A stretch of 64,000 bases of DNA from an uncultured Actinomycetes bacterium (GTDB lineage: Bacteria > Actinomycetota > Actinomycetes > S36-B12 > UBA10799). The notes below the pieces were generated by a model, which did no database searches, was not told where the DNA came from, and saw nothing but the letters and a program-made list of their open reading frames with translations. The DNA is taken from positions 191,833 to 255,832 of the forward strand of contig CAWGCB010000007.1 of NCBI GenBank assembly GCA_963821045.1, given 5' to 3'. Shown here one piece after another: positions 49,079 through 58,509 of the stretch. The position numbers were made by a program, and so were the translations under genes. Each line of letters begins with the position of its first letter. Position 1 is the stretch's first letter.

Positions 49079-50718
49079 TCGCCTGCCGGTCTGAGGTGGA
49101 AGCCTTCGCCTCATCCTGCGCCGACTGCTCAGCGATCTTGGCAAAGAACTGCTCCTCGGCTTCGCGTTTCGGGTACTTCCACGCAACCAACCCAGCGGCA
49201 AACAAGATCAGTACCAATGCGAGTGTGTAGGCGACCGACTTACCTTCCGTGAACGCCTTATTTGCAGCATCAATGATCTGCTCAGATTGGGCCTGAGGGA
49301 ACGATTCAGCGACTGACTGAGCGCCCTGATAGGACCCAATGATTTGTTGTGCTGCCTCATCGGACAGTTGATCAGCCTCGCTGGCGGGTAGCCCAGCGAA
49401 CGCCTTAACGAAGTAGTTCGCGTACACGACGGCCAGAATGGCACCCATCGCCGATTGCATGATGGCGCCACCGAAGTCGCGCGTCAGGTCCGTGAAGGCA
49501 GAACCCATTCCGGCCCGCGAAACGGGCAGCGAGGCCATCAAGGCGTGGGCGGCGGGCGTGACAGAGATGCTGACACCAGCCCCAACAACGCCGTAGGTCA
49601 ACAGCACGACGTAGATCGATGCACCTTGGCGCCATCCCACCACCATGATGAGAAATCCGAGCGCGACGATCAGTAGGCCCACGATTAGTGTGAATCGGGA
49701 ACCCTTCGTATTCACCAACTTGCCGGAATACGGAGCTAAACCAATCATGAAAACTGTTGAGGGCAAGGGTCACGAGGGCCGCCGTGAGGGTGCTGTAACC
49801 CAGCACATTTTGAGCGAACTGTTGTCCGAGGAACAGCGCTCCCATCAATGACCCAAAGGTGATCGTGCCCGCCACCGCCGCCACCCAAAACGGTGGAACG
49901 GCGGCAGCATGAAGGTCGACGAGGGGATTGGACGCTCTCCGCTGTCGCACGATGAAGAGCACGGTAGCGGCAACCGCAACGACCAGAAAGCCGATCTCGA
50001 GGGCGTCGATCCCATGGGGTAAGCGCTGAACTGCAGTGACCAGGGAGGCCACCGCAACGACGGACAGGACACCCCCGAGGTGATCGACGGGCTCCGATCC
50101 CTCGCCTTTGTCCGCCGGGACATACTTGGCTGCCAGCAGAAAGACGACCAACGCTATCGGCAGCGCGAACAAGAACACCGAACCCCACCAGGCGACCTCG
50201 AGCAATGCGCCGCCGACAACTCCACCTAGCGAGGCTGCTCCACCCCCGATACCTGACCACAAGGCGATCGCCTTCGTCTTTGCGGTACCTCGCCACATCG
50301 CCGTGATTAGCGACAGTGTGGTGGGAAACATCAGCCCAGCAGCGAGCCCGGCCACGAAGCGGGCTGCGATGAGGAACTCGACTGTCGGGGCGTACGCCGA
50401 TGCTAGACCCGCAGGAATGGTTAGAGCCGCACCGAGCAACAGCAACCGGCGCCTGCCGTAGCGGTCACCGATAGCTCCCAAATACAGGACAGAGGAGGCC
50501 AACCCCAGGGTGAACATCGAGGCAACGGCGGTCTGTTGCACTGTGGTGGCGCCTAGTTCGCGCCCGATGTCGGGTAGCGCCACGTTGGCAATCGACAGGT
50601 TAATATTTGCGACGAACGCCCCAGCGATCAAGGTCACCAAGATGATCGCTGCGCGCGGAGGAACCTCTAATCCACTCGAGCCTTTCGAACCCGCATTAAC
50701 TGATCCGCTTGTAGTCAC
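49029..50718 (-). pseudogene. MFS transporter (DHA2 family), frameshifted near 49757..49770
   Basis: The N-terminal frame (INLSIANVALPDIGRELG, GDRYGRRRLLL ... YSTLTAALVTLAL) is continued in another frame by PSTVFMIGLAPYSGKLVNTKGSRFTLIVGLLIVALGF... The remaining TM helices are in that second frame. Confidence 0.7.
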
Positions 50719-50783
50719 TACCGACGCTCCCTGGTCACACCGATCAACTCGTCGGGCCTAGCTTTGTGACTGCGCCCGTCCCG

Positions 50784-52008
50784 CTAATCATGAACGACGC
50801 GGGTGCCCTTTGGCTCACCAATGGCGGCGAGCATCTCGTTGAACCAAGGGGTGTCGATGTCGAACGGCTTCCCACCAGCGATCCGTGGGAACTCGATGGG
50901 GCGCAACTCGTCGTTGGCATCCTCATCTTGACCAATCACGCCACCTTCACCACGCAGCGCCGCGTCCACCGCTAGGTCGGTGCAACGCTCGATCAGCGCA
51001 AGATCGGCAGCATTGGATGGGGCAGACCGCGAGAAGTAGCCACTCTTGAACACCTGCGTCTTCTCGGCTCCAAGCATCTTTGCGAACTGGTCGCCGAACC
51101 ACTGGCCTGGATTGACCTGATCTAGGCGTACGTGGCCGAACGGATCGCGGGGCACCTCTTCACCGGCCGCCTCAAGTTCCGCCACAATCCCGTCTACTCC
51201 GGCACCCTCGGACAGAAAGATATTCACGTTTCCGAGTTCATCCATCGTGGCACGCAAGCGCTCGGCCTCTGCCGCCAAATCGATGTCCATCTCCGGCACG
51301 AAGATCGCGTGGACGTCCCAGGAGGCTTGCGTTAGCTCAAGTTCGGGCACCCAGTTGCGCCCCATGAGCCACTTTCGGTACTCGGCGGCGGTCGCTGCGG
51401 CCAGCCAACCACAATGTCGCCCCATCACTTCGTGGATGATCAACGAGCGTGGGTTGGCGGTGTGTTCGGCGATCACATTCTGGGCAAAAATCGAACCTTG
51501 TTCTGCCGCGGTCCAAGCGCCAAGAGACTGCTTAATGGATAGACGTCGTTATCGATCGTCTTTGGGTAGCCCAACCACTGTGAGCTCATAGTTGTTCTCG
51601 TGCTAGATAGGCCGCTAGATCCGCAGCCGTGGTGTTCGTGTCGTCCCCGCCGATCGTGTGGAGCACATCGACACCATCGCGGGTGAGTTGCTCGGCAGCG
51701 GCCGCTAGCGGGTCCACGCCCTCCGCCACGAGACCGCGCCTGACACAGTCCTCGACGTTGGTCAGCTTTACTCGGCTGTTCCCGATTGGGCTACCGCCAT
51801 ACTTGTGCAGTTCTCCGGCTCCGGCGCGAGCCTGCGGCGTGATCTGAATCGAACGGCCGCGCAGCAATCCGTCGTAACCATCGAGGTAGGCGATCAGCTC
51901 AACCTCTGGTGCGATTTGGGTGTATCGCTCAATCAAACCGCCCACCGCAGTAGACAAACAAGGGGCAAGTCCTCCGGCGGTGAGCATCGCAACTCTTCGA
52001 ACTGTCAT
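50784..52008 (-). pseudogene. pfp: PPi-dependent 6-phosphofructokinase, three frame changes within about 70 bp (51532..51600)
   Basis: Frame a (MLTAGGLAPCLS...TIGGDDTNTTAADLAAYLARE) stops at 51586. Frame b reads YELTVVGLPK, frame c reads KTIDNDVYPL, and frame d reads KQSLGAWTAAEQGSIFAQNVIAEHTANPRSLIIHEVMGRHCGW... to 50784. GGDDT marks the PPi-dependent class. Confidence 0.75.
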
Positions 52009-52157
52009 AGCTCACGACCCTAGCGGTTTCACCGCGCTGTCGGGGACTCGATGGCGGGGAATGTTCACCCTTTGGCCCTGCACCTACGGACTTGGTACTG
52101 GGACCCGATCGCGCTTCTGACGTGCTATCACCGTCTCATCGGCACTATCTTCACGTC

Positions 52158-53654
52158 ATGACAATCTTGGCTATTGACGCTGGCACGACCGGCGTGACCG
52201 CACTGCTCGTTAGCAAGGATGCCCGCGTGGTAGCTCGAGGCTACTCGGAGTTTCCCCAACACTTCCCCGCCGATGGCTGGGTCGAGCACGACCCCAACGA
52301 GATTTGGGCAGCGACCTTAGCCAGTGTCGAGGCGGTGTTGGCTTCGGACGCCATCACCGAACATGGTGCACCGACGGCGGTCGGTATCACCGATCAACGC
52401 GAGACGATCGTGCTTTGGGACCGCGAGACGCTCGGAAGCGCGCGAATGGCCATTGTCTGGCAGGACCGCCGTACGGCCGGATTGTGCGACCAACTCAAGG
52501 CCGACGGCCACGAGGCACGAGTGCGCGAACTCACCGGCCTGCGCCTTGATCCTTACTTCTCCGCCACCAAGCTCACCTGGATCTCCCGGCAAGAGCCCAA
52601 TGTGTGGGCTGGAGTGCTTGAAGGTCGCACGGCGATTGGCACGATCGATTCGTACTTGATTGCTCGTATGACCCGCGGTGTCACGCACGTCACCGATGCG
52701 TCTAACGCTTGTCGGACCCTGCTCTTCGACATCAATACTGGCGAGTGGAGCCAAGAACTCTGCGAGCTGTTTGGCGTACCAATGGCCGCACTTCCAGAGG
52801 TTGTGCCCTCGTACGGCCAGGTCGGCATGACGGATCCAGCCGTATTCGCCGGACTCGAGTTGCCGATTGCTGGAATCGCCGGTGACCAGCAGGCCGCACT
52901 GTTCGGACAAGCTTGTTTCGACGTTGGAATGTCCAAATGCACGTACGGCACAGGGTCTTTCATCCTGGTCAATACCGGTTCGGAGATCGTTCGCTCTGAC
53001 GCGGGGTTGCTGTCCACCGTTGCGTGGAAGAACCCCGACGGCACACTGACGTACGCCCTTGAGGGTGCCATCTTCGTAACCGGCTCGGCTGTTCAGTGGC
53101 TGCGAGACGGCCTCGGCGTCATCGAGTCAGCATCCGAGACCGAGGAGATTGCCCTTTCTGTACCGAACTCCGCTGGCGTCGTCTTCGTACCCGCCCTAAC
53201 CGGTTTGGGGGCGCCCGACTGGGATCCAAACGCGCGCGGAGCGATCTTCGGACTCACCCGAGGAGCCACCGACGCACATCTAGTCCGAGCGACTCTGGAA
53301 GCGATCGCTTTCGAAGTTCGCGATGTCGTTGACGTGATGGTCAACGAGGCTGACGTCGAGATGCCCCGACTGACCGTGGACGGCGGGGCGGCAGCCAACA
53401 ACTTCCTCTGCCAGATCCAGGCCGACCAACTTCGGGTCCCGGTCGTTCGAAGCGAGATTCTGGAGACCACTGGTCTCGGCGCAGCATTCCTGGCCGGACT
53501 CGGGACCGGAGTATGGAGCAGCAAGGAGGAACTGGCCCACACGTGGCGCTCAGACCGGACTTTCGAACCAGAGGCACGCGACGAGCAGGCTCACCGCCGC
53601 TGGCGAGTCGCCGTTGAGCGTACAAAGGGTTGGGCTACTGCTGTCAGCAAGTAG
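52158..53654 (+). CDS. glpK: glycerol kinase
   Basis: From ATG 52158 the ORF reads MTILAIDAGTTGVTALL...GWVEHDPNEIW...TDQRETIVLWD...GDQQAALFGQ, canonical FGGY/GlpK blocks. Confidence 0.85.
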   Translation: MTILAIDAGTTGVTALLVSKDARVVARGYSEFPQHFPADGWVEHDPNEIWAATLASVEAVLASDAITEHGAPTAVGITDQRETIVLWDRETLGSARMAIVWQDRRTAGLCDQLKADGHEARVRELTGLRLDPYFSATKLTWISRQEPNVWAGVLEGRTAIGTIDSYLIARMTRGVTHVTDASNACRTLLFDINTGEWSQELCELFGVPMAALPEVVPSYGQVGMTDPAVFAGLELPIAGIAGDQQAALFGQACFDVGMSKCTYGTGSFILVNTGSEIVRSDAGLLSTVAWKNPDGTLTYALEGAIFVTGSAVQWLRDGLGVIESASETEEIALSVPNSAGVVFVPALTGLGAPDWDPNARGAIFGLTRGATDAHLVRATLEAIAFEVRDVVDVMVNEADVEMPRLTVDGGAAANNFLCQIQADQLRVPVVRSEILETTGLGAAFLAGLGTGVWSSKEELAHTWRSDRTFEPEARDEQAHRRWRVAVERTKGWATAVSK

Positions 53655-53666
53655 CTAGCCCGCAAG

Positions 53667-54365
53667 CTAGACGGTTTTCTTGTCCGCCTCGGCAAGTTGT
53701 TTCTTGGCGCGCGAGGCGTACATGTCTAGGTACTCCTGATCCGACAGCGCCATGATTTCGTACATGATCTCGTCGGTCATAGACCGAAGGACGAACCGGT
53801 CGTTGTCCATTCCTTCGTAGCGCGAGAAGTCCAATGGTTCGCCGATGCTGATGTACACACGTCGGACTCGGGGAATATTGCTACCCGCTGGCTGAATCTC
53901 GCGGGTACCCCGTAGAGCGACGGGAACCACGCGTGCGTTGGCGGCGAGGGCCATTCTGGCGACCCCAGTGTGTCCTCGATACAGGCGACCATCGGGTGAG
54001 CGCGTGCCCTCGGGGTAGATCCCCAACACGTTTCCGCTGTCAAGCACTCGGACGCCGGTGCGCAGGGCGGCCTCGCTGGCGTTGCCACCGGACCGGTCAA
54101 TCGGAACTTGTCCGACCCCCTTGAAGAACGTGCGCATCCAGAATCCTTTGAATCCTGGGGTAGTGAAGTACTCGTCCTTGGCCAAGAACGTCATGGGTCG
54201 CTTGACCATCAACGGCAAGAAGATCGAATCCACGAAAGAATTGTGGTTAATCGCCATGATCACCGGACCGGACTCTGGGACATTCTCCAGCCCGCTTACT
54301 TTCGGTCGGTAGAGCAGGCGCAACAGCGGTCCTAGCAGGATGTATTTGAGGATCCAATACAGCAC
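53667..54365 (-). CDS. plsC: 1-acyl-sn-glycerol-3-phosphate (lysophospholipid) acyltransferase
   Basis: 232-aa ORF with the HX4D motif (NHNSFVD) and the YPEGTRS block. Confidence 0.8.
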   Translation of the reverse strand: MLYWILKYILLGPLLRLLYRPKVSGLENVPESGPVIMAINHNSFVDSIFLPLMVKRPMTFLAKDEYFTTPGFKGFWMRTFFKGVGQVPIDRSGGNASEAALRTGVRVLDSGNVLGIYPEGTRSPDGRLYRGHTGVARMALAANARVVPVALRGTREIQPAGSNIPRVRRVYISIGEPLDFSRYEGMDNDRFVLRSMTDEIMYEIMALSDQEYLDMYASRAKKQLAEADKKTV

Positions 54366-54618
54366 AGACCTGATCCCCTCCTAAGACACAAAGTCGACCC
54401 ACAGGAAAATCCGGTGGTCGCGAAGCCTTCACCTTAGAGCCCCGCGAATGCCAGCGGCAACGGACTCCGGCTAATGGTGCCCCCATCCGGTGCTGTTATG
54501 CATGGAATTGACAAGAAGCGGTAATAAAATCTCGTTCCTGGCGGCAAGATAGAGTGAGGCCAGATCGCGGGGTCGCGGGGTGATACTCAGGACGTCCGCC
54601 TGTTCAAACCAAACCAAC

Positions 54619-54637
54619 GCGTGCGCACTGCGCACGC
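54619..54637. promoter_or_regulatory. perfect 8-bp-arm palindrome upstream of the hydrolase RBS
   Basis: GCGTGCGC-ACT-GCGCACGC lies a few nt upstream of AAGGAGG and the GTG start at 54654. It could be an operator or an RNA hairpin. Confidence 0.3.
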
Positions 54638-54653
54638 CCTGCAAGGAGGAACC

Positions 54654-55409
54654 GTGCCCCTACTACCTGATGCCGAGCCGTTCTCACACGATGGGAACAA
54701 GATCGGCGTTCTAATCAGCCACGGTTTCACCGGCCAACCCAAATCCGTCAAGCCGTGGGCCAAGTACCTCGCCGACGCTGGCTACACCGTTCGCGCTCCG
54801 CGACTTCCGGGGCATGGCACGAGTTGGCAAGAGATGAACAACACCGTGTGGCAAGACTGGTACGCCGAGTTTGAGCGCAACTACCGCGAACTCGCCGACA
54901 GTTGCGATCACGTGTTCGTGATGGGCCTATCGATGGGCGGGTCATTGGCCCTGCGCCTAGCCGAGGAGAAGGGCGATGCGATCGCCGGTCTCGTGATCGT
55001 GAACCCCGCCGTTCATAGCGAGCGACCGGATCGGTTCCTGCTTCCAGTTCTGCGCTTGGTCGTCCCGGCGTTCCCTGGAATCGTCAACGACATCAAGAAG
55101 CCGGGCCAGGACGAGGGCGGCTACCCGCGCATCCCCCTCAAGGCCGCGTACTCCCTGACCCACATGTGGTCTGCTATCAAGTCCGATATCAACAAGGTGA
55201 CGCAACCGCTGCTGATCTTCCGCAGTGCGGACGACCATGTTGTCGAGCCGTCCAACACGGCGTGGATCATGGCCAACGTCGCGAGCAAGGATGCAGAAGA
55301 AGTTGTCCTGCACGACAGCTACCACGTGGCTACCATCGACAACGAAGCCGAGGTCATCTTCAAGGGCAGCGACGAGTTCATTACCCGAGTCCTGGCGGAG
55401 GAACAGTAG
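54654..55409 (+). CDS. alpha/beta hydrolase (monoacylglycerol-lipase / carboxylesterase-like)
   Basis: GTG 54654 is preceded by AAGGAGG. Motifs are HGFTG, the GLSMGG nucleophile elbow, and C-terminal DHVV / SYH. Confidence 0.7.
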   Translation: MPLLPDAEPFSHDGNKIGVLISHGFTGQPKSVKPWAKYLADAGYTVRAPRLPGHGTSWQEMNNTVWQDWYAEFERNYRELADSCDHVFVMGLSMGGSLALRLAEEKGDAIAGLVIVNPAVHSERPDRFLLPVLRLVVPAFPGIVNDIKKPGQDEGGYPRIPLKAAYSLTHMWSAIKSDINKVTQPLLIFRSADDHVVEPSNTAWIMANVASKDAEEVVLHDSYHVATIDNEAEVIFKGSDEFITRVLAEEQ

Positions 55410-55411
55410 AC

Positions 55412-55681
55412 ATGCACGACAACGAGAGTGCTGACAACTTTGTCCCGCCTGACCCACCGCCCATCACCATCACCGACCCGATTAAGGCTGCCGCGCTAGC
55501 CGGAGTTATCGGAGCACCCCTGGTATTCGTGATCGTCGGGATCTTGTTGACCTACGAACCGGTACGGCTCGGCACGGCGTGCGTCATCATCTTTGTCGCG
55601 AGTTTCCTGGTGCTGTTCTTCCGATCGCCCAAGGACAAGGCTGGTCGCGACTCAGGTTGGGATGACGGTTCCGCTCTTTAG
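55412..55681 (+). CDS. small two-TM membrane protein
   Basis: 89 codons from ATG 55412, starting 2 nt after the hydrolase stop. There are two hydrophobic helices (AAALAGVIGAPLVFVIVGILL and ACVIIFVASFLVLFF). Confidence 0.4.
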   Translation: MHDNESADNFVPPDPPPITITDPIKAAALAGVIGAPLVFVIVGILLTYEPVRLGTACVIIFVASFLVLFFRSPKDKAGRDSGWDDGSAL

Positions 55682-55711
55682 GCTCTGCAGTTGGCATAGG
55701 CTCTGCAGTTG
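55679..55711. repeat. 15-bp direct duplication (TAGGCTCTGCAGTTG x2, 18-bp period)
   Basis: Copies lie at 55679..55693 and 55697..55711. The first begins with the stop of the small ORF, and the second ends 1 nt before the glk stop codon (55713..55715) on the other strand. Confidence 0.85.
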
Positions 55712-55712
55712 A

Positions 55713-56654
55713 CTAGATCCTGGCTAGGTCAGCCGCCCCAATCAGGCCGGCTGAGTTGCCAAGTGTGGCAAGTTGGATTCGGGGATTCGGTCGTGTGCCG
55801 ACGCCCGACAGCGCGGAGAGAAAAGCCCGGCGCGTCGGAGCAAGCAGCAAGTCCCCAGCCTCGCTGACGCCCCCACCGATCACAACGCAGGCTGGATCGA
55901 GCACTGCTGTGAGGTCCGCGATTCCTTGGCCGAGCCATCGGGCCAAAGAATCGAAGGCAGCCAGGGCCACGACATCATCGAGTCGAGCGGCCTCGGTGAT
56001 GTCCTTGCCTGACACTCCCTCGGGACTGCCATCGCCCAAACTCAAGAGGATCTTGGCCTCGTCGCGCCGCTCGGCGGCCAGCATCCGCGCTTCTCGAACC
56101 AGCGCATTGCCGCTGGCGTATTGCTCCCAGCAACCGCGATTGCCGCAGCCGCACAGTCGGCCCCCTGGCTCAACACAAAAGTGGCCGATCTCGGCTGCGA
56201 CCCCGTGGGCACCCCGGTAGAGGGAGCCGCCCAGAATCAGACCGCCGCCGATCCCGGTGCCAACAGTCACGCAGACCATGTCTAGCGGGATGTCCTCTCC
56301 GCCGAATCTATACTCGCCCCAAGCTGCGGCGTTCGCGTCGTTCTCGACGACGACAGGGATCCCGACTTCAGTCTCGATTGCGGCCTTGAGTGGCTCATCC
56401 TTCCACCCAAGATTCGCTGCCATGAGCACTCGCGAGCGCTTCTCATCGATGAAACCAGCGAAACCGACTCCGACCGCCTCGATCGAATAGTCAGCCTGGT
56501 AGTCGCGCACGAGGGAGATAATCGTCGCTTCGAGAGCTTCAGGGTCTCGCCCGACGGTCTTGCGAACATCCATCTGCAGCACGGTTCCGGTGTCGTCAAC
56601 CACTCCCCCGGCGACCTTGGTTCCCCCGACGTCGATACCGACAGTTATGGCCAT
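55713..56654 (-). CDS. glk: ROK-family glucokinase
   Basis: From ATG 56654 the ORF reads MAITVGIDVGGTKVAGG, with the ENDANAAAWGE block and the zinc motif CGCGNRGCWEQ. Confidence 0.8.
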   Translation of the reverse strand: MAITVGIDVGGTKVAGGVVDDTGTVLQMDVRKTVGRDPEALEATIISLVRDYQADYSIEAVGVGFAGFIDEKRSRVLMAANLGWKDEPLKAAIETEVGIPVVVENDANAAAWGEYRFGGEDIPLDMVCVTVGTGIGGGLILGGSLYRGAHGVAAEIGHFCVEPGGRLCGCGNRGCWEQYASGNALVREARMLAAERRDEAKILLSLGDGSPEGVSGKDITEAARLDDVVALAAFDSLARWLGQGIADLTAVLDPACVVIGGGVSEAGDLLLAPTRRAFLSALSGVGTRPNPRIQLATLGNSAGLIGAADLARI

Positions 56655-56731
56655 GCCCGGACTCCTCAGGATTCGCAACGTGTGTCGTTACACCGTAGCG
56701 ACGAGTGGGGGTGCGCGCCAACCTAGAGGAG

Positions 56732-57352
56732 CTAGTCGATGTTGATGTGCTCAACGCCGCTCGAGGCAGATCCACCCGATTGGCTCGTCACAGTGTCCAG
56801 GGCTTGCTTCAACGCAGCCGTCACCAGCGCGAGCGCATCAGTCACCCCTTGCGCGGCCTCTGGGGATACCTCGTTCAAGACATCCATTCCTTGGCAGATC
56901 GGGCAGACCTCGCAGGACATCGTATGCTCGCCAGCGCCCGGACCGGGGTCAGGTTGCTCTCTCGGTTCACCCGCGGTACCGGTAGCACTGGCAGTTGCAG
57001 TCCGCACAGTGTCGCTCGCCTGCTCCACGACTCCCCGCAAGATCTCCCCAACCCCCGAATCTTGCGCCCACGTGGCCACTGCCGCAGCCAGTTTGACGGC
57101 CTCTTGCGCTGCGGAACTCACCGCGTGCGGGTTAGATCCGTCCTCATCGAAGTCCTCATGCCACCACGGTGGTTGGTCCTGACCGGCGTACCCGCCGGAC
57201 CCAGTTGTCGCGGAATCGTCGGGAATCTCGTTGCTTTGTGAACCGCCGGAATGGTCAGATTCTTGATTCACTTTGGACCTTTCGCCGCAGCGGATGTGTG
57301 GGGTAAGCGAGGCGCGGAATCGGAACTCATGTCTTGTCCGCAATGAAGTCAA
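56732..57352 (-). CDS. DUF5304-like protein with a CxxCPxC motif
   Basis: Low-complexity acidic N-terminal half followed by MSCEVCPICQGMDVLNEVSPEAAQGVTDALALVTAALKQAL. The start is uncertain: the ORF start overlaps the arsA-like 3' end, and GTG near 57271 is an alternative. Confidence 0.45.
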   Translation of the reverse strand: MTSLRTRHEFRFRASLTPHIRCGERSKVNQESDHSGGSQSNEIPDDSATTGSGGYAGQDQPPWWHEDFDEDGSNPHAVSSAAQEAVKLAAAVATWAQDSGVGEILRGVVEQASDTVRTATASATGTAGEPREQPDPGPGAGEHTMSCEVCPICQGMDVLNEVSPEAAQGVTDALALVTAALKQALDTVTSQSGGSASSGVEHINID

Positions 57353-58505
57353 TCAGAAGTGCTCCTGGCTCGAGTCTGGCCCCGCCGATTACTGCCAGTC
57401 GTAGCGCGCTTGGCAATGAGATTACGCGCCGGTGCGCTCCCACCGTCACCACTAGCTCGTCACCTCGACGCCCTAGATCGACTTCGCCCTTTGCTACCAG
57501 CGGTAGCGCCAGCCGCAACTCAAATCCCGCAGTGGTACGCCGAATCGACATCGGATCTGGAACCTTGTTGACGGTAGTTGGGTCGTCGCCGTCGTAGAGT
57601 TCGACAGCCAGCGCCGACAAAGCCGCCGGACCCACCGGCTCACCTGCTTGGTAACCGGCTCGCCACACCGGCACGGGTTCGCAGTCGGCGTCGATACGAT
57701 CGAGTTGCACTTGCTGCGCGGCCACCCAGTTGGCGCGCCAGTCGTCAGCGTCGGCCGTCGGGAAGATCCGATTCACCACCACCCCATCCACCCGGTAGCC
57801 ATACAGCGCCAGCGTGGTGAGGGTTCGCCTCGCCTCGGCAAAGACCACAGCCTCTGGAGTCGTCACAAGGCGAACTGACGCCTGGTCTCCAGTCAGGATG
57901 GCCCGAACATCTGCCAGGTCTGAGTGCAACTGCTCGATCGCATCCAGCACTCGATCACGCGGCATTGGGACACCACTTGCTTTACGCAGGATTGGACGCA
58001 GGACTCCAAGGATGCGCCGCTCCGTGGGCCAAATTCGATCCATGTACCAACGGAGCGCATCTGGCAGCGCCAGCAGCCGAAGTGTCTCCGCGGTTGGGGC
58101 GCAGTCCAAGATCACCACATCCCATGCCCCACTGTTGACCCGGTCGCGGACTTCGAGTAGCGCCAGCACCTCCTCAGCGCCCGGCAACACCGTGAGTTCT
58201 TCGGCCTCGATTGGGTCGACACCGGCCGAATCGAGAACTGTCAGTAAGTACTGCTGGATCTCGCCCCACGCTCGGGTGAACCGGTCTCGCACATCAACGT
58301 GCAACGACCACAGATTCGGCGCGACTTCAGTCGGACCGTCGCCGTAGTTCGGCTCGGCCAAACCTAAGGCGTCAGCCAGAGAGTGCGCCGGGTCAGTGGA
58401 CAGCACGAGCGTTTTGTTCCCGGCCTGCGCGGCTAGTGCCGCGGTTCCAGCGGCGACGGTGGTCTTACCCACGCCGCCTTTACCGGTGAACAACAACGTC
58501 CGCAT
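57327..58505 (-). CDS. ArsA/Get3-like P-loop ATPase
   Basis: From ATG 58505 the ORF reads MRTLLFTGKGGVGKTTVAAG, with STDPAHSLADAL and the DCAPTAETLRLL switch region. Confidence 0.8.
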   Translation of the reverse strand: MRTLLFTGKGGVGKTTVAAGTAALAAQAGNKTLVLSTDPAHSLADALGLAEPNYGDGPTEVAPNLWSLHVDVRDRFTRAWGEIQQYLLTVLDSAGVDPIEAEELTVLPGAEEVLALLEVRDRVNSGAWDVVILDCAPTAETLRLLALPDALRWYMDRIWPTERRILGVLRPILRKASGVPMPRDRVLDAIEQLHSDLADVRAILTGDQASVRLVTTPEAVVFAEARRTLTTLALYGYRVDGVVVNRIFPTADADDWRANWVAAQQVQLDRIDADCEPVPVWRAGYQAGEPVGPAALSALAVELYDGDDPTTVNKVPDPMSIRRTTAGFELRLALPLVAKGEVDLGRRGDELVVTVGAHRRVISLPSALRLAVIGGARLEPGALLIDFIADKT

Positions 58506-58509
58506 GTCT

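Noticed and set aside
4058-52008. Programmed ribosomal frameshifting as the explanation for the split genes.
   Set aside because: I saw no slippery heptamer or downstream structure. Several genes need two or three shifts in different directions, and none of these families is known to use recoding.
54366-54653. A small RNA or small ORF in the 290-bp plsC / hydrolase intergenic region (there is a TTGACA hexamer near 54507).
   Set aside because: I could not pair the hexamer with a correctly spaced -10 element. I also found no convincing terminator or conserved structure. Only the palindrome at 54619..54637 is reported.
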